Shown here: positions 60,177 to 64,000 of the stretch, one piece after another
Layout of the letters: every line of letters starts with the position of its first letter
Numbering within the stretch: the stretch's first letter is position 1
Origin: Octopus sinensis
Lineage: Eukaryota
DNA length: 64,000 nt
Reading direction: 5' to 3'
Assembly: GCF_006345805.1 (NCBI RefSeq)
Contig: NC_043004.1
Span: 10,850,001-10,914,000, forward strand
Notes under the pieces: generated by a model
Seen by the model: only the letters and a program-made list of their open reading frames with translations
The model's database searches: none
Told to the model about the DNA's origin: nothing
Made by a program: the position numbers and the translations under genes

Positions 60177-60286
60177 CCTGTCCTCTTAGCCAGCGGGGTG
60201 GCTTCATTTAAAGGCTAAAACAATGCGAAGCGCATTGTGACCAGCGATTTGTAGCAACATCTGATAGCCTGGTCGATCACGGCGAT
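60171..60286 (+). mobile_element. 3' half of SINE family C
   Basis: TTAGCCAGCGGGGTGGCTTCATT..AAGGCTAAAACAATGCG..GCATTGTGACCAGCGAT...CTGGTCGATCAC matches the 22295-22566 tail. Confidence 0.8.
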
Positions 60287-60299
60287 ATATATATATTTC

Positions 60300-60510
60300 C
60301 TGTCATTTCAGTATGTGACTACGTGTGTCGTTGGGGATTTTTTCTTTCTCCGTCTTCCCTTCTTTGGACTTTTTCTATATTTCTGATAAAGAGCTCCGCT
60401 CGAAACGTGAAATCCTCTTTCTTTTCTTTCCTTTCCTGAGCGTCCAATAACACAGTACTTGTTCCACGTCCTCGCGTTGTTGCTTTTTCTTGTTTGTTCT
60501 TGTTTGGATT

Positions 60511-60512
<2 letters not shown>
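60300..60512 (+). mobile_element. Penelope-type terminal-repeat fragment with hammerhead-like motif
   Basis: ATTT-CTGATAA-A-GAGC(tcc)GCTC-GAAAC-GTG-AAAT at 60379-60413. Confidence 0.55.
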
Positions 60513-60561
<49 letters not shown>

Positions 60562-60565
<4 letters not shown>

Positions 60566-61173
60566 AGGTGTCCGAAAAGCCACTCATGGTTTCAATATCT
60601 AATAGCTTCCTTAGTGTTACAAATAGATGCATGAAATTTTGATGCATTATAAAAGTAGGCCTCAAACATAGTTTCAGTCATTTAAAGTAGACCTCACGCA
60701 CGGTTTCAGCAAGATGGGGCAACTTCTCATACCGCAACAGAAACAATGCAATTGCTACGGCAATGATTTGGAGTGAGATTAATCTCCCGCTACGATAATG
60801 TCAATAGGCCTTCATGTTACCCAGATATGACTAGCCCAGATTTTCTCTTGAGGGAATACCTGAAGAGAGGGTAAACGTCAGCAAACCAGAGCCCGTGGTG
60901 CAACGGAAGGACAACATCAATAGAAATCAGAGAACTGGAGGTATGAAACTTTTGAGGATGTTATGGTGCGAGACTTTTTGAAAGAGCACGCACGTGCGAA
61001 GCCGAACATGGCTGCAATTTAAGCGATATCATTTTTCACATGTGATGTAGCAGTGTCACAAAATTTGACTTATGCATATTCATTACCACAATTGTATCAA
61101 AATTTCATTCATTTATTAACGTTAAAGAAGTTATTATATATGAAGCCTCCAGTGACTATTGGGACACCGTGTA
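60562..61173 (+). mobile_element. Internally deleted Tc1/mariner element (maT/DD37D-like)
   Basis: TA-flanked TIRs CAAGGTGTCCGAAAAGCCACT and AGTGACTATTGGGACACCGTG; FQQDGATSHTATETMQLLRQ...PDMTSPDFLLREYLK. Confidence 0.8.
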
Positions 61174-61176
61174 TAT

Positions 61177-61258
<82 letters not shown>

Positions 61259-61861
61259 CATACATACATACATACATACATACATACATAAATAGAAACA
61301 TACATACATATATATATACACACACATAACACACATATGAAAGAGAGATTCTGTCTGTCTGTTTGTCCCACAAAGTGAAACTAAAACCAGACGCCATCTC
61401 TCTATGATTTTCTTTCTATGTCTCCTTTATTCTCTCTCCCACTCTATATTCTTTGTCTGTCTGCCTGACTGTCTCTCTGCCATGCTACTTCAAAAACATT
61501 CTGTCTCTATGTTTGTCCTACAAAGTGAAACTATAACCAGGCACCATCTCTCTATGAATTTTTTCCCCTCTATCTGTCTATTACCCTCTCTTTCTTTCGC
61601 TCTCTTTCTTTATCTCTCTCTTCCTGTCTCCCTTTCTCTCTCTCTTTCTTCCTCTCCTCCTTCTTTCTTTCTTTGTCTCTCTTCTTCTCTCTCTTTCCCT
61701 CACTAACAGAACACACACACGCACATCTTTCCTAAACTTCATAGTTACAACAATACAAATTGGATCTGTGAGCCAGCTGCCCTGGCTCAAAAAAATGCTG
61801 CAGTACATAGCATTAATAATAAACTATTGAAAGCTTCCGGGGAAAAATATTCACTTATATA

Positions 61862-62087
61862 TATTTCTTTACTACCCACAAGGGGCTAAACACAGAGGGG
61901 ACAAACAAGGACAGACAAACGGATTAAGTCGATTATATCGACCCCAGTGAGGTAACTGGTACTTATTTAATCGACCCCGAAAGGATGAAAGGCAAAGTCG
62001 ACCTCGGCGGAATTTGAACTCACAACGTAACGACAGACGAAATACGGCTACGCATTTCGCCCGGCGTGCTAACGTTTCTGCCAGCTC
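61862..62087 (-). mobile_element. SINE family B (tail B1), close to consensus
   Basis: Consensus body and tail; first few head bases missing. Confidence 0.9.
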
Positions 62088-62089
62088 AT

Positions 62090-63750
62090 AGCTCAAGTGA
62101 CAGTGTTGTTGATTATTAGTATAGTGTTTACTACCCCATCGAATTTCTGAGCTCACTAGAACCACCAGCTATAGCTCATCATTATCTTCAACTGAAAAAA
62201 GGGACTCCTTTTATGCTATAGCGTGATATGTCGCAACCAAAATTATGCAACAGTACAAGATTAATTGTGCACAAACTTATGAGGAACTGCATTGAGGCAT
62301 ATATTTTCACTGGTTGTTACAGTTTCCTATCCGAGTTTCTTTTGCCATGAACATTAATGAACGTCAGAGCCAGACACTAAAAATTGCTGGATTGCAACTT
62401 CAAAAACCATGCTTTTCGCATGGCCAACTTTATGTACGTGCATCACGTGTGAGAGCAAAAACAAATCTTTTTACTTATGCACCTCGAAATGAAACAAAAA
62501 AAAAAAACCCACATTGTTTATAAAGAAATATTCATTCTTAAAGCAATATGAATACTTCAGTAACTTAATTTCCCATTTCAATCATTACATTCAAGAATGA
62601 CTAAATAACCTATTTCAATGAACTGTATTATACAATTGCCATTACTATATTGATAAATATAATTAAAAAAATAAAATTCACTATTGTAATATAATAAACC
62701 AACACAAGTTCATATATGAAATTCATCTGTTTTCTACTCCAATGAAATCAATCAGCTGAACTATTAGCAGAGCAGCTTTTGAAATTCAGTGAAGGGAGAG
62801 TTCCAATTGATGAAGAACAGTTTCTTACACGCAACGCAATATGCAATTCCACTGATTCCGTCGATGATTTCATGTATGAAACTTTTCCTAATTTTCTAAC
62901 AATACAGATTGAATTTGTGACAGAGTTATCCTGGCTCCAACAAAATGTTCCTCAATAATATACTATTCAATAAGCTTCCAGAAGTCTTCACTTATAACTC
63001 AACTAACAGTGTGACTATATGGATAGCGTCAACTACCCAATCGAATTCTTTAACTCACCACAACCAGCAGGTACAGCTCCTTACTGTCTTCAATTAAAAA
63101 AAAGGGATTCCTAATACATTTCTGTCTCAATCAAAATTATGTAACGGTACAATATTAATTGTGCACAAACTTCATTGACACAAACATTTTCACTCTATGT
63201 AGTAAAAGCTTATGTATTCCGAAATAAAACAAATAGCATTGTTCAAAAAGAAATATTCATTCTTAATGCAACATGAATACTTCAACAACTTCATTTACCA
63301 GAACTATCATTACATTCAAGAATGAGCAAATATCTTATTGCAATGAACTGTATTATACAACTGTCATTACTGTATTGATAAATAAAATAATCCATACACC
63401 TTACTTAATATTATCATGTAATAAACAAACAGAACTTCATGTATAAAATTATCTTTTACCTAGTTCAATCATTATATGCTTTTTTCTTATAAAAATATTG
63501 TATCATTGACATTACTGTATAGACAAATAAAATAACACATACAACTCACTAATTATTGTCATATTATAAACAAACACAAGTTCATGAAAGATACTGATCT
63601 TTCTTCTTCTTCAATTATTACATGGTCTTCTCTTCTAAAAATACAGACATACAGAAGGAGCAAATTATACATATAATAATACTTTCAAAATGTCTCCCGA
63701 TAAACAGTAAAAGTAATTAACCGATCAACCACAGGTTTTACTGCTAATAT
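62090..63750 (+). mobile_element. Two tandem Helitron remnants (PIF1-type helicase C-terminus + 3' non-coding region)
   Basis: YPIEFLSSLEPP..HHYLQLKKGTPFML...PKLCNSTRLIVHKL; QFPIRVSFAMNINERQSQTL...PCFSHGQLYVRASRV (ORF 62314-62523); second copy NYPIEFFNSPQPAG...KLCNGT; duplicated 3' region 62522-62660 / 63245-63390. Confidence 0.85.
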
Positions 63751-63840
63751 ATATATATATATATTATATAATAATATTATATATATATTATATATATATT
63801 ATATATATATGTACACACACCCACATACACACACACACAC

Positions 63841-63958
63841 ATGAGGAGATGCTGAAATGTTCCTGGCTTTAAGGATATCGCGAAAGGCATGGTTGAAGAC
63901 CTTACATCCGGAGTTCTTTTACTGGGCTTATAAAAAATTGAAACCACCCCTACCGTAT
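63841..63958. mobile_element. Short mariner-type MITE fragment
   Basis: ATGAGGAGATGCTGAAATGTTCCTGGCTTT resembles a mariner TIR; ends CCCCTACCGTATA. Confidence 0.4.
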
Positions 63959-63959
63959 A

Positions 63960-63991
<32 letters not shown>

Positions 63992-64000
63992 CGTATGTCA

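Overview
AT-rich, repeat-saturated eukaryotic DNA. The SINE/LINE repertoire and very dense (TA)n, (TACA)n, (TATC)n and trinucleotide tracts point to an octopus (coleoid cephalopod) intron or intergenic region; the species call is an inference. No intact host protein-coding gene is recognisable, and nearly all listed ORFs are microsatellite translations or transposon debris. Contents: (1) five decayed Dong/R4-clade LINE copies (RT, CCHC knuckle, restriction-like endonuclease), mostly bordered by (CATA)n; (2) 3' ends of CR1/Zenon-, RTE- and L1/Tx1-type LINEs; (3) at least four tRNA-derived SINE families, three of which share their 3' tail with a LINE end present in this window; (4) many Penelope-type terminal-repeat fragments, several as fold-back palindromes carrying hammerhead-ribozyme-like motifs, plus a GIY-YIG remnant; (5) mariner, maT-like, Tc2-type, Chapaev and Helitron remnants. 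Unexplained structures: a registered 102-nt rod hairpin, a local two-source chimeric duplication and a few candidate micro-exons. All alignments, translations and folds were done by eye; boundaries without a TSD or TIR are approximate.
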